Of a stretch of 64,000 nt of DNA, positions 1 to 12,550 are shown in pieces (positions within the stretch are counted from its first letter, which is position 1; every line of letters begins with the position of its first letter). The translations under genes and the position numbers were made by a program. A model generated the notes under the pieces. The model had not been told where the DNA came from and made no database searches. It worked only from the letters and a program-made list of their open reading frames with translations. This DNA comes from Octopus sinensis (Eukaryota): NCBI RefSeq assembly GCF_006345805.1, contig NC_042999.1:20584001-20648000 (forward strand), read 5' to 3'.

Positions 1-429
1 AAAATAACTAGGCTTGTGCCAAAATTAGATAGAATTAGTTTCTGCTGTGGTGAAGTGTCGGTGGTGGTGGTGGTGGTGGTGGTAGAAATGGTAAGTGTGG
101 TGTTACTGTTATATTAGTTGTTGTTGCCTTCTTCTTCTTCTTCTTCCAATCAGGACTCATGCCATTAGCCACAAAGAATCAATTTTTAATTCGCGTATAC
201 TCTAAGCCACTAAGAATGCGTGTGGCAACTTGAAGATCCACCACCACACGCGATAGACTGGCGGTTGCACGAGTGCGAAAGCTACTTTGTTATCCTCATT
301 CCGTAAACGGTGGCTTTTTAACGGGTGGAGAGCTGAACCATCCTGGGGTACAGAGGATTTGCAATCTAGACTAGGGTGTGAAAGTTTACCACACCATAGT
401 GGGTTACACGATGTTTCCTCTGCTTTGTG

Positions 430-593
430 GCAGAAGTAGGAAGAAAAAGTAAGAGAAAGATGTGTTGAAAGAGCCTCATGGAGTTTAGGTGATTTTGGTC
501 AAGAAACACTCACAATGCACGGTCTGGGAATCGAAACAGCCTTCTTACGACCACGAGTCCGCTGCCCTAACCACTGGGCCATTGCGCCTCCAC
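430..593 (-). mobile_element. tRNA-derived SINE, family C head (partial)
   Basis: Reverse strand reads GTGGAGGCGCAATGGCCCAGTGGTTAGGGCAGCGG...GGTTTCGATTCCCAGACC-like, with A/B boxes; matches copies at 16217, 37282 and 62091. Confidence 0.8.
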
Positions 594-664
594 AGTTAAT
601 GTTGTTGCTGCTGCTGCTACTGCGTATGTTCGTTGAGTGGGATTTTATCATATGTAACTATTTT

Positions 665-1030
665 AGAGCCTCATAAGATACCACCTTTTGAAACTTCTCC
701 AACGACACAGCTCCATCCCGCGGTTTAGAGAGCAAACATTTTCCTCAAAATATTAGTTGTCCTAAGTATTGCTGCCATCTGAATACTTCCTAAATAGTTT
801 CGTATTCGCGGTTTTTGTAGCCAGAATATTACTATTTTTGAAATGATCCCAAGTGCACCGATCACAGTAAGGACCACACTCATTTATGAGGTTCTGTGTA
901 TTCTCCCACTCCTAAGTCCTGGTACTTCCCGACTTTCTCGTCTTCTGCCTTGACAATATTTTGGTCTGCAATTACAGCTACGTCAATGCAGGTCCATCGT
1001 TTGGTCTCCTTCGGTAGGGGAGGAGACAAA
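665..1030 (-). mobile_element. R4/Dong-like RLE LINE, 3' fragment (degenerate)
   Basis: Minus-strand translation CIDVAVIADQNIVKAEDEKVGKYQDL...VIGALGII...ILRTTNILRKMFAL* is the C-terminal RLE region; compare 47351..48037. Confidence 0.75.
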
Positions 1031-1344
1031 TTTCCACTGCATCCCGTGGAATACATCTGTGTACCTGAGTGTGTACAGCATTGTAGGATTTCGTTTGGAT
1101 TTGCGTTGAAGGAGTTCAGTCTCTTCTCGTTCCTCTAAATTATCAGTTTGTTTACTTACGGGGGTTCGGTTAGAGTCTTTTGTTATATGATTTGTTGTAT
1201 GATGTATGGTATGTGTAATGCGAGGTGTGTTATTTTGATGGGTATCCATCCTGTAGAATGCATGTTGTTTAGGTTTGCTTTATGCGATATTTATTGCATT
1301 GAGTGTTTCTTGTGTTTGTAGATTTTTATATTTGCGTTGTGCTA

Positions 1345-2450
1345 TTGAAGTAATAATGCAGCTGTACTAAACTGGGCTCTATGCATCAGTTCAGATATTT
1401 CCTCTATCCATCAGTTCAGATATTTAGATATATTTCACAATGCACGTTCCATAGTCTCTGTAATTCAATACATAGGTCCTGGTACTTTGCTATGTTTTCT
1501 ATACTTCTCATATTAAGTTTTTTTTTTATAATTTCTATTCGCTTTATCTACTACTACCAAATCAGGCCTTCTAGCTTCTATTACTCTGTCAGTCTAAATG
1601 TTAAAGTCCCACAAAATCTTGTACTTCTTACTTTCTAGTATTTTACTGTGTTCATGTTCATAACATTTATTAATATGTTCAAATCCTAGCTTTCTACATA
1701 GCTTCCAGTGGATTGCTCTCCCTAGATTCTCATGTCTTTCCTATGTATTCTTTCTGTGCCAGCATGTTACATTCAACTACTATATGAGTAACGCTTTTCT
1801 CTTTTGATTTGCAGAATCTACTTGGATTTTGGATTTTATCCAATTAGTTCTTAATGCTTGATCTTGTGCAGCTACTAACAAACTTTCTTTCTCCCTCCTC
1901 AGCTTTCCCTTCTGCAACCATAACCATGTCTCAATACTACTCTTCACTGAAACTATCTTTGGGAATCCATCATGCAATGCCTTCTCCTGCCACGCAGATA
2001 ATTTCTGTTCATTTTCTGTTACGTTCATTTGGTATTTTGGTTTCCCTATGTCTTGCTGTGACTCTAGCAGCTCTTAATAAACTTTCTTCCTTATTACCTA
2101 CATAGGAGTCTATGTCTACTCTAGCTAACTCCACAGTCTTCTACTGACATTAACTCTCTTCGACCTTCCTTTCTAGATAAGTATAATCTTGGTACATCTG
2201 TTCTTGAGAGGAGTCCTTCATTCATATTGAATTCCTTCCTAGTTATTCTATCTAGCTTTGCTAATTCGGTTTTTGTCCAATCTACAAAAGCTGCTGAGTA
2301 TCTAAGTAACGATTCTGCCCAAGTATTTACAGTTTTCTCTAGATTCGAACCATTTAGCATTGACTCTATTAGCTTCCTCATATTTCTGTTGTGCTCATTC
2401 TCAATTTGCATTTCCATTTCTGCACTTGGTACTCTGTCCTCCTTTCAATG
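1345..2450 (-). mobile_element. R4/Dong-like LINE fragment (RT thumb to RLE), degenerate
   Basis: ORFs 2121..2417 (NTWAESLLRYS...DVPRLYLSRKEGRRELM) and 1780..2028 (WLWLQKGKLRREKESLLVAAQDQALRTN), then CxMLAQKEY..RH..IHW; collinear with the 44-48 kb element. Confidence 0.85.
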
Positions 2451-2484
2451 ATTTTAGTGTCTGCCCATCTCTTAATTGGATGCC

Positions 2485-2493
2485 TTATTATTA

Positions 2494-2532
<39 letters not shown>

Positions 2533-2674
2533 TATTATTATTATTATTATCATTATTATTATTATTCTATGTTTGATTTACATTTGCACAAGCTGGCTCC
2601 AAGTCTCACCCAGAGACCTCAAGAGACAAGTTGGAAGTTCATGTTGGTGTTATGTCTGTTATGTTAGTGCTATT

Positions 2675-2705
<31 letters not shown>

Positions 2706-2725
2706 TTATTATTATTATTATTCAT
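2485..2725 (-). mobile_element. Short 3'-end fragment of a TAA-tailed retroelement embedded in (ATT)n
   Basis: 2566..2670 is the reverse complement of the unit at 50584/50863 (GAGGTCTCTGGGTGAGACTTGGAGC), flanked by (ATT)n. Confidence 0.7.
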
Positions 2726-2914
2726 TAGGTAGTTTCAGGAAATTTCTACTGCATCATCTGCCACACCTCCTTTTTCCTGTGCTGTGTACAATCATTTCTT
2801 TGGCGTAGAGGGTGATACATTTCCCGGTGTTGTATTGCGCCAGTTTCTTTTGTTATGGCCTCTGGTGCAGTCCCTTGTGGAATTAGTGTTAGTATTATTG
2901 AGAGAGCAGCGTTA

Positions 2915-3056
2915 TGAGTTCAAATTCTGCCGAAGTTGACTTTTCTTTCATCCCTTTGGGGTTCGATTAAGTAAGTTCCAGTTACGTACTGGGGTCGATG
3001 TAATCGACTTATCCTCTTCCCCAGAATTTCAGATCTTGTGCCTATAGTAGAAAGAA
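2915..3056 (+). mobile_element. SINE family B (5'-truncated)
   Basis: GAGTTCAAATTCTGCCGAAGTTGACTTT...CCAGTTACGTACTGGGGTCGAT...GTGCCTATAGTAGAAAG followed by an AAT tail. Confidence 0.75.
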
Positions 3057-3144
3057 TAATAATAATAATTATTATTATTATTGTTATTATGATTATTATC
3101 ATTATTTTTGTTATTACCAGTAGTTGTGGTGGTGGTAGTAGTAT

Positions 3145-3186
<42 letters not shown>

Positions 3187-3779
3187 AATTATTACCTTAG
3201 GAATGTATTTTGTGAGTGAAACTGTTTCCAAGTGGGAAATATATTACTGCATACGCCCAAAAATAGTAAAGGAGAGAAACAGAGAATTGTGAGACAGAAA
3301 GGGAGGGAGAGAGAGAGAGAGAGAGTGAGAGAGGAGATGCAGGTGAGTGACAGAGAGAAGAAGTAAGCAATAGAGAAGAGGAAAAGAGGAGGGGAGAGAC
3401 AAAAAAAACGATAAAATATCCATAATCCTAAAGAAAAGACTAAGTGTATATGTGTGGTTGTATGCGTCCATTTGTACATATTTTCACGTGTGTACTTGTT
3501 TACTTGTAAGCATGCGCATGCGGAAAGGAAAGAAAGCAACGGATGGAAAGACGGAGAGAAGAATAGAAGGAGGAGTGGAGATACGGTGAAAGCTGCGTTA
3601 CTTGTTTGTAGTGATTGGAAGCAGAAAACGCACAAAGACGAAAGGCAAATGTGGCAACATTCGGCTTTGATATTGCATGGCTGGCATGAGATGTAATATA
3701 TTAACGGAGTATCATTCGAGTATGAAATCATGTAATATTCTAATAAAGGGAGGTGGGAAAAAAATCGATGATAACCGGT

Positions 3780-4123
3780 GTTGGTAGTGGTGGTGACGAT
3801 CTTGATGACGATGATGTTGATGATGATGATGATGATGATGATATTGACGACGATGATGATGTTTGTGATGATGATGATGATGATGGTCGTGGTGGTTGTG
3901 GTGGTTGTGGTGGTGATGATCACAGTGGTGGTGGTGGTGGTGACGATGATGGTGAATAATAATAATAATAATAATAATAATAGTAACTAATAACAATAAG
4001 AACAACAGTAACAACAACAACAATAATAATAATTATCATTATTATCATTATTATTGTTATTATTATAGTAATTGTAATAACTATAAACACAACAGCAGCA
4101 GCAACAACAACAATAAGAAAAAC

Positions 4124-4155
<32 letters not shown>

Positions 4156-4177
4156 TAATAATAATAATAATAATAAC

Positions 4178-4227
<50 letters not shown>

Positions 4228-4255
4228 TAATAATAATAATTATTATTATTATTAA

Positions 4256-4303
<48 letters not shown>

Positions 4304-4459
4304 GGATTTTGTGAAAGCAGAAATGCAGTTATCTGCTAACATAAGATAATTGTACACAATCTGAAATGGGTTGATCTGCAGCCGACACATTATTATTATC
4401 ATTAGCATACCATTATCACTTTTAATATATAATTCTTCTTCTGCTTCTTCTTCTTCTTC

Positions 4460-4530
<71 letters not shown>
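3780..4530. repeat. Compound trinucleotide microsatellite (GAT/GGT/AAT/ATT/CTT)
   Basis: Direct inspection. Confidence 0.95.
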
Positions 4531-4531
<1 letters not shown>

Positions 4532-4735
4532 TACTAATACGCTCAGGCCAGATGCGTTTCACTGTCACGTGGTTTGTAGAAGGGAAAGGCGAAGAGCGAG
4601 AGAAAAGGAGAGAGAGTTACGTGTTAACGACGTTATTATGCTAAGACGGGATGGATGACGCTGTCGCGTTGTTAGTTCAATGTTGAGGTGAAGAGAAAAA
4701 GAGGGAGGTATTGTTAGTTATTCTTCTTCTTTTCT

Positions 4736-4814
<79 letters not shown>

Positions 4815-4843
4815 GTTATTGTTGGTGTTGTTGTTGTTGTTAA

Positions 4844-5056
4844 GGAGACGAGCTGGCAGAAACGTTAGCACGCCGGGCGAAATGCTTAGCAGTATTTCGT
4901 CTGTCACTAGGTTCTGAGTTCAAATTCCACCGAAGTCGACTTTGCATTTCATCCTATTGGGATCGATCAATTAAGCACCAGTTACGCCCTCAGGTAGATT
5001 CAATCGACTGAATCCCTTCTCCCAAATTTGAGGTCTTGTGCTTCCAGTAGAAAGAT
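4844..5056 (+). mobile_element. SINE family B
   Basis: GAGCTGGCAGAAACGTTAGCACGCCGGGCGAAATGC...GAGTTCAAATTCC; ATT tail. Confidence 0.85.
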
Positions 5057-5089
5057 TATTATTATTATTGTTATTATTTATTATTATTA

Positions 5090-5166
<77 letters not shown>

Positions 5167-5921
5167 CGTATCATAAAGCCCATAAAGCGATAAGCTAGGA
5201 GGGTTGTTAGCATGCAGTTCTAAGTTCAAATCCATCTTTAGGGGGCCTTAAAATAAGTACCATTTGAGTTCAAAATCAATGTAATTGACTATACCCCTGC
5301 TCCAAAATTTCAGGGTTTGGGCAATTTCCAGAAATTGTTGTATACATCTTATAAGGCATTTTCTACCTAGAGCCAAATGCTGAAGAACGGTGCACGGATT
5401 TCATGGAAACCGATAGTTTATTATTTGCAGAGTTATTGGTGATATAACCGGATATCAATTAGCTTAAATTACAATACACTAAGACATTTATGGACTAGCA
5501 AACTGATTCGCTTTGTAGACACGTTGGCTTAAAAAAGAAATTTTAACATGTTTTATTTAATCAGATGATCTCATCAGAGATAATAACTTGTAACAATAGA
5601 TTATCAACTGCAGCTCATAACCGGCAGTGTATTTTGAATGCCGGATAATTAATTGAAAGAGCAGCTGTTAATATGAATAGTAAACAATCTTAAATGTCAA
5701 GTAAAGTGTCAGTGTTTCTTGCTGTGAATGCCAGGTTCATGGCAAAATTGATCCATATATTTACTTAGTTAATAGCAATGAGTGCAAATTCTGTAGCCAC
5801 TACTTCGACGAGAATGGTATCCACAAATCTGACTTAACTTTAAAACAAAATTGAACCATTATTTACATTATTTACATTATTTACATTTGGCCAATATTTG
5901 TCCTCATCTTGTTTGTTGTTA

Positions 5922-5966
5922 ACACAAGGTTTCGGCTGATATATCCTCCAGCCCTCATCGGGTGTA
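5922..5966 (-). ncRNA. Minimal hammerhead ribozyme-like motif with mutated core (CCGATGA)
   Basis: ACAC-CCGATGA-gGGCTG..CAGCC-GAAA-CCTT-GTGT. Confidence 0.55.
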
Positions 5967-6014
5967 TTGGGGAAATTTCGAACCTGGATTCTCATTCTTA
6001 AGGTATTTTCGATG

Positions 6015-6074
<60 letters not shown>

Positions 6075-6116
6075 CGAGTTAAGATTCCGAATTCGATTCC
6101 AGGCATTGACCTGAAA

Positions 6117-6151
<35 letters not shown>

Positions 6152-6221
6152 TAATAATAATGATAATAATAACATCGAAAAATACCTTAGGAATGAGAAG
6201 CCAGGTTCGAAATTTCCCCAA

Positions 6222-6267
6222 GACACCTGATAAAGGCTGGAGGGCATATAAGCCGAAACGTTGTGTT
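6222..6267 (+). ncRNA. Minimal hammerhead ribozyme-like motif with mutated core (CTGATAA)
   Basis: ACAC-CTGATAA-aGGCT..AGCC-GAAA-CGTT-GTGT. Confidence 0.55.
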
Positions 6268-6715
6268 AACAATAAACAAGATGAGGACAAATATTGGCCA
6301 AATGTAAATAATGCACATAATTTCTCATCTCTTAAATACAGAACTATAAAACTGAGCAAAATGAAATGACTTAGCGAGATCAGTATTTGAGCAACATAGA
6401 TGAATGCAGGTATATAAAATACCAACGTAAATTCTTGATTTCTTAAAGTTACCTGCGCCTCTAGGTCATGTATCAAAATTATCAAATGATATTTGAGCTC
6501 AGCTCTACATGAGAAGAGGCGATAATATCAAGATGCGATCATTCTCCAGAATTGTGATGTCATTAACCAAAAGGCCATCGCTATTGTCAGGGTATCAGAC
6601 GACAGTTGTGAATGTGCGTTTCTGACTCGACAGCTCGACAGTTTTCCGTCCTTATAAATAACTTAGACTTATAGAAAAGAAAAAGAGTAGAAAATATGTA
6701 TAATAAATAAATAAC

Positions 6716-7073
6716 TGCGTGGCATCTTGGGCAAGTGTCTTTTGCTATAGCTGCGGGCCGACCAATGCCTTGTGAATGGATTTGGTAGACGGAAACTGAA
6801 AGAAGCCCGTCGTATATATGTATGTATATATATATATATATGCGTGTGTGTGTTTGTGTGTCTGTGTTTGTCCCCATAGCTTTGCTTGACAACCGATGCT
6901 GGTGTGTTTATGTCCCCGTTACTTAGCGGTTCAGCTAAAGAGATCGATAGAATAAGTACTGGGCTTACAAAAGAATAAGTCCCGGAGTCGAGTTGCTCGA
7001 CTAAAGGCGGTGCTCCAGCATGGCCGCAGTCAAATGACTGAAACAAGTAAAAGAGTAAAAAGAGTAAAAGAGT
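6716..7073 (+). mobile_element. SINE family A (5'-truncated) with internal TA/TG microsatellite
   Basis: Matches the full copy at 61494; ends GGCGGTGCTCCAGCATGGCCGCAGTCAAATGACTGAAACAAG(TAAAAGAG)n. Confidence 0.9.
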
Positions 7074-7076
7074 ATA

Positions 7077-7323
7077 TGCGCCCTTAAAAGCCTAGCCAGG
7101 CTCATGGGCCCGGTTTCCTGGTTTCTATGGCGTATGTGTTCCCCAGTAGAATGGGACGCCAATCCATCGTAGCGTTACTCAATTTTGCCAGCTGAGTGGA
7201 CTGGAGCAACGTAGAATGAAGTGCTTTACTCAACAACACAACGCGTCACCCGGTCCAAGAATCGAAACCACAATCTTACGATCTCGATGCCGACACTCTA
7301 ACCACTAAGCTACGCGCCTCCAC
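7077..7323 (-). mobile_element. tRNA-derived SINE family D
   Basis: Minus strand GTGGAGGCGCGTAGCTTAGTGGTTAGAG...GGTTTCGATTC A/B boxes; paralogous to 8575..8813. Confidence 0.8.
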
Positions 7324-8034
7324 AGAAAATATATATGGCCTAAGTATTTGGCATTAATTAAACAAAAATGAGCTCTGAGATATAACTCAGCGGGGTCAGT
7401 GATTCATCTTTATTTCCCTCGAAAATAAAAAAAAACCCCAGAAAACTTAAACGTTTGCTTAAGGTTTATTTTTTAAATGGCATTCCCCATCTACATCACC
7501 TATCCACAAGTTTTAGTTGTCCAACTGGTGTTACACAAAATGACCACATATTACTATTTATATTTTATCATTTTCTTCGAGTCTGTTTACAATGAATTTA
7601 ACATCAGGAGCACTTAATTCATATCCACAATCATTGCTTGCACCAATATTTAATGAGAATGAACGACTATGAATGTGCACTTTCACCATGAAGTTTAGCC
7701 TAACTGTGCAAATGTGGATACGTGTGATTATATGTGAGTGAGCATCTTTCTGTAATGTACGTCCGAGATTAACGATACATCAGCGAGAAAAATCGATAAA
7801 AGAGTAGATTTCAACAAAGTATTTTTTTCTTTTCTTCTATTCGATTCTCACAGATAATAAAACTTTGGTGGCTTTCACTTAACCCGTTGGAAAACTGCAA
7901 CGTATAATGTTCAATAAACGAGATAAAAATATAAAAAATACTGTAAAAATTCCCGGTCACCATATTCAGGTTTTCTTCTTTATTTTTTGTCTCTCTGAGA
8001 TTCGAGAATGATATATCACTTCCAGTAGCTAATG

Positions 8035-8475
8035 GTTGCAGGCCAGCAATTTTGAGGGAAATGGGTTAGTCCATACCATCGACCCTAGTACGTGAGTGTG
8101 GGTAATAGTATCAACCCCAGAGAAATTAAAGACGAAAATAACCCCAGAAGGAACTGAACGTAGGACACAAAACATTTTGTCCGATGCTCTAACGGTTCTG
8201 CCAACTCGCTGAAGTTTTGTTTGTAGATAATGAGCCCAACATGAGACATCATTCTATTCACAATATGTAAAGGCGGCGAACAGGCAGAATCATTAGAGCG
8301 CAGTTTAAGATGCTTAGTGGTATTTCTTCCGGCTCTCAACGTAGCTACTCTCTGAGTAGCCACCGAGGTTGACACAGCTTTTAATCTTTTTGAGGTCGAT
8401 AAATACGTACCAGGTGAGTACTGGAGTCGATCTATTCGATCTGTCTCCTTTCAAAATTGCTGGCGGTCTGCCAAA
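8035..8475. mobile_element. Two degenerate SINE B copies (minus ~8035-8210, plus ~8271-8475)
   Basis: Recognisable family B head and core motifs. Confidence 0.6.
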
Positions 8476-8574
8476 ATTACGTTCACATATGTAACATACT
8501 AGAGCCAAAATGTTTAAATAGGCTGTATCACAAGTTGGAGCTTCAAAATATAAACATAATAGGATAAAGGTCCT

Positions 8575-8813
8575 TCTCGAGTCATATGGTCTCATAAAGT
8601 CGGTTTCCTGGTTTGTGTGACATATATGTTTCTCCACTTGACAGGACACCGGTCCGTCGCAGGATTAATCATTTTTGCCAGCTTAGTGAACTGGGGCAAT
8701 GTGATATGAAGCGTTTTACTCAAGAACACAACGGGTCACCCGGTTCAGGGATTGAAACCACGATCTTACGATCATGTGTTCACCATCCCTAACCTCTAAG
8801 CCACACGATTCCA
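8575..8813 (-). mobile_element. SINE family D
   Basis: Collinear with 7077..7323. Confidence 0.75.
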
Positions 8814-10571
8814 CTGAAGCTTTAGAAACCCATAAAACCGTTAAAACTAAGCCGAAAGCTGAAACTAAGGGCAGCGTTATAGCGACTCAATCATTCAGCA
8901 TTAAATAAGATAGCAGTGAGCCTTACCATCTATGTTAGTTAGTATCTGCGTGGTGATAAAATGTTTGGCATAATTATATAAGCCTGTTTACGATTCGTTC
9001 CTAGTTCGGTTTGATATAGACGTTTAATACAGCTAGCTCTTAGTCGCGAACAAGTTTGGCTTCGTTAGATACGCAATGCTTTCGCTAGATATTTTAGGGT
9101 CCTGCATAGTTGTGATCAGACATATATACCCTCTCCTGTCCACCTCAATACTGTTACAGCTTAACACCCAGGAGATGACAGCTAGTGGAATAAACGGCTG
9201 CAACAAAAAGCGGCTGATACTCTTTTACCGATGGGTAGACTGAGACAATTTGAAATTAATTGCTTCAAAGACTTAGTCACCGATCGACGCAATATATCTT
9301 TATCCGATATACCCGCGTATAATAAGTTAACATATCTATAATACAGTAAAAGTCAACTTGAATCTTGCTTGCTTGCAATGTTACCCAGCCAAATTGGCGC
9401 ATAATTGGAAAATACTATGAATTAAGTTTCCCTGAAATGTAAATACGAACAGAATTAATTAAATTTCGCGTAAATCGAGTAAATGGCTGTGGAGATATTA
9501 GGGATTTTCGAGGTATAAGTACCCAAAACGGTGCATAATGGGAAATGTCTCCGAAATTAACTTAATCCTGCAAGCAAAGTAACTCTTACCTTTCTATTAG
9601 ACACACTGACTTGACAACGAAAAAAATACAATTTGTGTTTTTACAGTAAATGTTTATATTTTCACTTTTGTTAAACACAATGTTTTAATCATTTAGAAAT
9701 ATTTTTAAGTGAATGTAACTTCAAGAATGTAAGTTGTTTGTGAAATAAGTATTTATATTTTTGCTTTCTTTAAAAGACAATATTTTAATGTTCTTTAAAA
9801 GTATTTTCAAGTGGATACCATTACAAAAATGTTTTTGCATATTCATATTTAAAAATATATTTTAACGTGAAAATGACTTTTAAAGTGCAGTAAATGTTTC
9901 GCAGAAGACTCGTTCGTAACCTCGGTGAAAATAATTTTGTTTTCTATTGGTATTTTTCAAGTGCATTCAAAGCATCTCATATCCAAAGATTTGGCTGCTA
10001 TTTCTAGCACGCCCTGCTACCACGTAACAATTATTTCTGATAAAGGACCCGAAATGCCTGTTACGTAGTATCGGAGCGTGCAAGAAATAGCAGCCATATC
10101 TTTCCTTTTCTGGGGAAAAGAGATGTTTGCGCGTGAATTCGATGTCACATTCGTTGAAAGCATGTGAAATAACCTGGAAAAGAAAAAGAAAAAAATACGA
10201 AACAAAACTCCGTTGCTGGGAAACTCAGGCTTTCCTGGTGACCCAATAGGTCACGAGTAGTCATATATATTTCTAAAGCCGCTGTCATTTCATGCGTACA
10301 CTTAATGCACATGTAGACAGCCGCCTCCAACACACACACACAAATACACACGTTTTAAGAAGCCCACAAAGAAATACACGTAAATTATGTTTAGATATTT
10401 CGTATTATATAGGTTTCAGCAGTGAAAATCAATTTCAGCCTGTGTTTAGAAGTAAGCAAAAACAAGGCCCTGTCAAACATTTCACAAGGTATCTTCTAAC
10501 ACACATAATTCTTTTAGATACGGTACTACGCGCCCAGGTACTCTAAATCATGCCATTTATCCCGATTTCAT

Positions 10572-11015
10572 CATGATACATCATTGTTCGACCGTGGTCG
10601 AGACAATGGAATTTACTATGTTACGCCAGATTTCACGGTCCATTAGCAGATTTCACGGCCCTTAGCATTACGGAGGTCCCGTTGCTGGATGGCTGTATCC
10701 CTAGAGATTACATCAGGGTAGGAGAGTGTGCGCCCTCTGGTATCGCGAGCAGATGGCTTCCAGAGGAGAAGAGTAGAAATTACCTCGTTTTCACCTCTAC
10801 AACAATGTCCAGCAAACTGAACTCTTCTACCTTCCACGAGAGATGACACAGGTGGTAGTTTCCTATATATTTGCATTTTGGTTGGATGACGCTTCCACGA
10901 GATTTTTTTTTCATCAAATCTTCAAAGCCACAATCGAACCAATTCTACTATATGGCTGAGAAACTTGGACGTTATCAAAGAAGCTTGAGAGATGGTTGGA
11001 TGGAACTTACACTCA
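10572..11015 (-). mobile_element. 5'-truncated, 5'-inverted RTE-clade LINE insertion with 11-bp TSD
   Basis: Minus: ISWKRHPTKMQIY...RRVQFAGHC...LLLWKPS; plus ~10910-11015: FKATIEPILLYG*ETWTLSKKLERWLDGTYT; TSD CCCGATTTCAT at 10561-10571 and 11016-11026. Confidence 0.85.
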
Positions 11016-11734
11016 CCCGATTTCATATTGCATCCTTATGATGCTTAAGTTGTCTTCCATTCAAAGATCACGTGATATATACAGCAAGAAAATACACCTA
11101 TAAATTAAAGTAGTAGAAATAACTGAAATTTTAAAAGTGGAAATTTTTTCTTTAAATTCTATTCTCATGCGTTTTTATTTTCTTTTATTTATTTCTTTAT
11201 TTATTGCTTTCAGAAACTATAAGTAATTTAAAATGTGTTGCTCAATTAAGCACGTAAATATATTTCTTTAAAAAGTAGTTATGAATCTATTTCTGGTAAA
11301 TTATCTCTTACAGTACAAGTCGTCGTATAATGGTCGCTGGACACTATCAATGAACAAGATTTAAAACTTATACTAAACTTGCATTCAATTTCCGTTCCTT
11401 TCATTCTGCTTGCATCAAACATTTCCGCACTGCTCTACAAGTCTATGTTATCTGATCACCTGTCGATCCCGTTGCTTTCTGATAATCGGGAATGTATTGT
11501 GTTCATATATTGGGTATAATCAATATGCAGTAATTACATATTGATTTTTTTTTCGTATTTGTGGTTTGTTTTTGTTGTTTTTCTTTTGTTTTGTTTTTTT
11601 GACAACGGTTTTGCATGGTTGAGCAGAAATTTGACGGAAGGCTGTCTAGCTGTCAAAATCTGAATGTTTTTGTTGTTCTTTCGGGTGAAGTATATCGTAC
11701 AATATATTATGTAATCTTTTATCTTGTACATGGT

Positions 11735-12283
11735 TCAGTAATTAGACTGCTGCCTGGGTGGGATATCACTTTGAATGATATTTAGTCGAGCGAATTGATC
11801 CTTGTACTAATTTCTTTAATTTAAGCCTGGTAATTATACTATCGATCACTTATTTCCGAACCACTAAGTTACAGGGACGTAAACACACCAGTACCGGCTG
11901 TCAGGTGGTGGTGGCGAGAAAACACACATGCGCAAATACACATCCACGCAGACATACACATCCCTCCCGGTTTATTTCTGTGTTCCTTTCTGTCGAAGAG
12001 TATAAGCTCGAAACGTAAAAGACTCTCAATTCATAAGCGTTAAACTAATACATCTGTTTGTTGTTTACACACCCGTCTTTGTCTTTTGTTTTCTTTGTAA
12101 ATTCTCACTATATATATATATATATATATCCGGCGAGCTTCTTGCAGTTTCCGTCGACCAAATCTACACACAAGGCTTTGGAAAGGAACTCAAGCTATTG
12201 TAGTAGACTCTTCCTGAAGGTGTCACGCAGTCGAACTGAAACCGGAACGATGTGATTGGGAAATAAGCTTCTTACCAAATCAC
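11735..12283 (-). mobile_element. Diverged SINE A interrupted in its microsatellite by an HHR-bearing insert
   Basis: Tail half ~11735-11930 and head half ~12130-12283; unrelated insert ~11960-12110. Confidence 0.7.
11986..12021 (+). ncRNA. Minimal hammerhead-like motif (core CTGTCGA), family H2
   Basis: CTTT-CTGTCGA-aGAGT ATAA GCTC-GAAA-CGTA-AAAG; element runs into (TA)n. Confidence 0.5.
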
Positions 12284-12358
12284 GTACTTTTCTCTGAAAG
12301 TGGCGAGGCTGACAGTTTGAGGGATATATTATTACAATTTTAAAAATAATAATGAGTG

Positions 12359-12421
<63 letters not shown>

Positions 12422-12510
12422 TTATAAAGTTTATCCAAACATGAAAACACAAACAGAAAACACAACAACGCGAGGTCGTGAAACAAGTATATGAAAGGAA
12501 AGGAAGAAGG

Positions 12511-12550
12511 ATGATTTAACGTTTCGAGCGGAGCTCTTCGTCAGAAACAT
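12511..12550 (-). ncRNA. Minimal type I hammerhead ribozyme motif, intact core, in a ~200-bp TA-tailed element (~12425-12620)
   Basis: Minus strand ATGTTT-CTGACGA-aGAGC TCC GCTC-GAAA-CGTT-AAATCAT. Confidence 0.7.

Larger units (their letters stand above)
5858..6345. mobile_element. Divergent inverted pair of an HHR-bearing short element (Penelope pLTR/retrozyme-like, family H1)
   Basis: 5858..6018 is the reverse complement of ~6170..6330; each arm holds an HHR-like motif; arms are separated by (ATT)n, a 44-nt spacer and (AAT)n. Confidence 0.75.

Noticed and set aside
2360-5213. Poly-I/L/Y/N/H/D ORFs in the track
   Set aside because: Translations of trinucleotide microsatellites; no domain content
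6587-7046. Recurrent ORFs such as CPRCHAVGLN / RPRKDERQS that look like a gene family
   Set aside because: Antisense or sense translations of SINE A and B copies
9340-9600. Possible non-autonomous DNA element with short inverted TTGCTTGCA/TGCAAGCAA motifs
   Set aside because: Too little terminal structure to define
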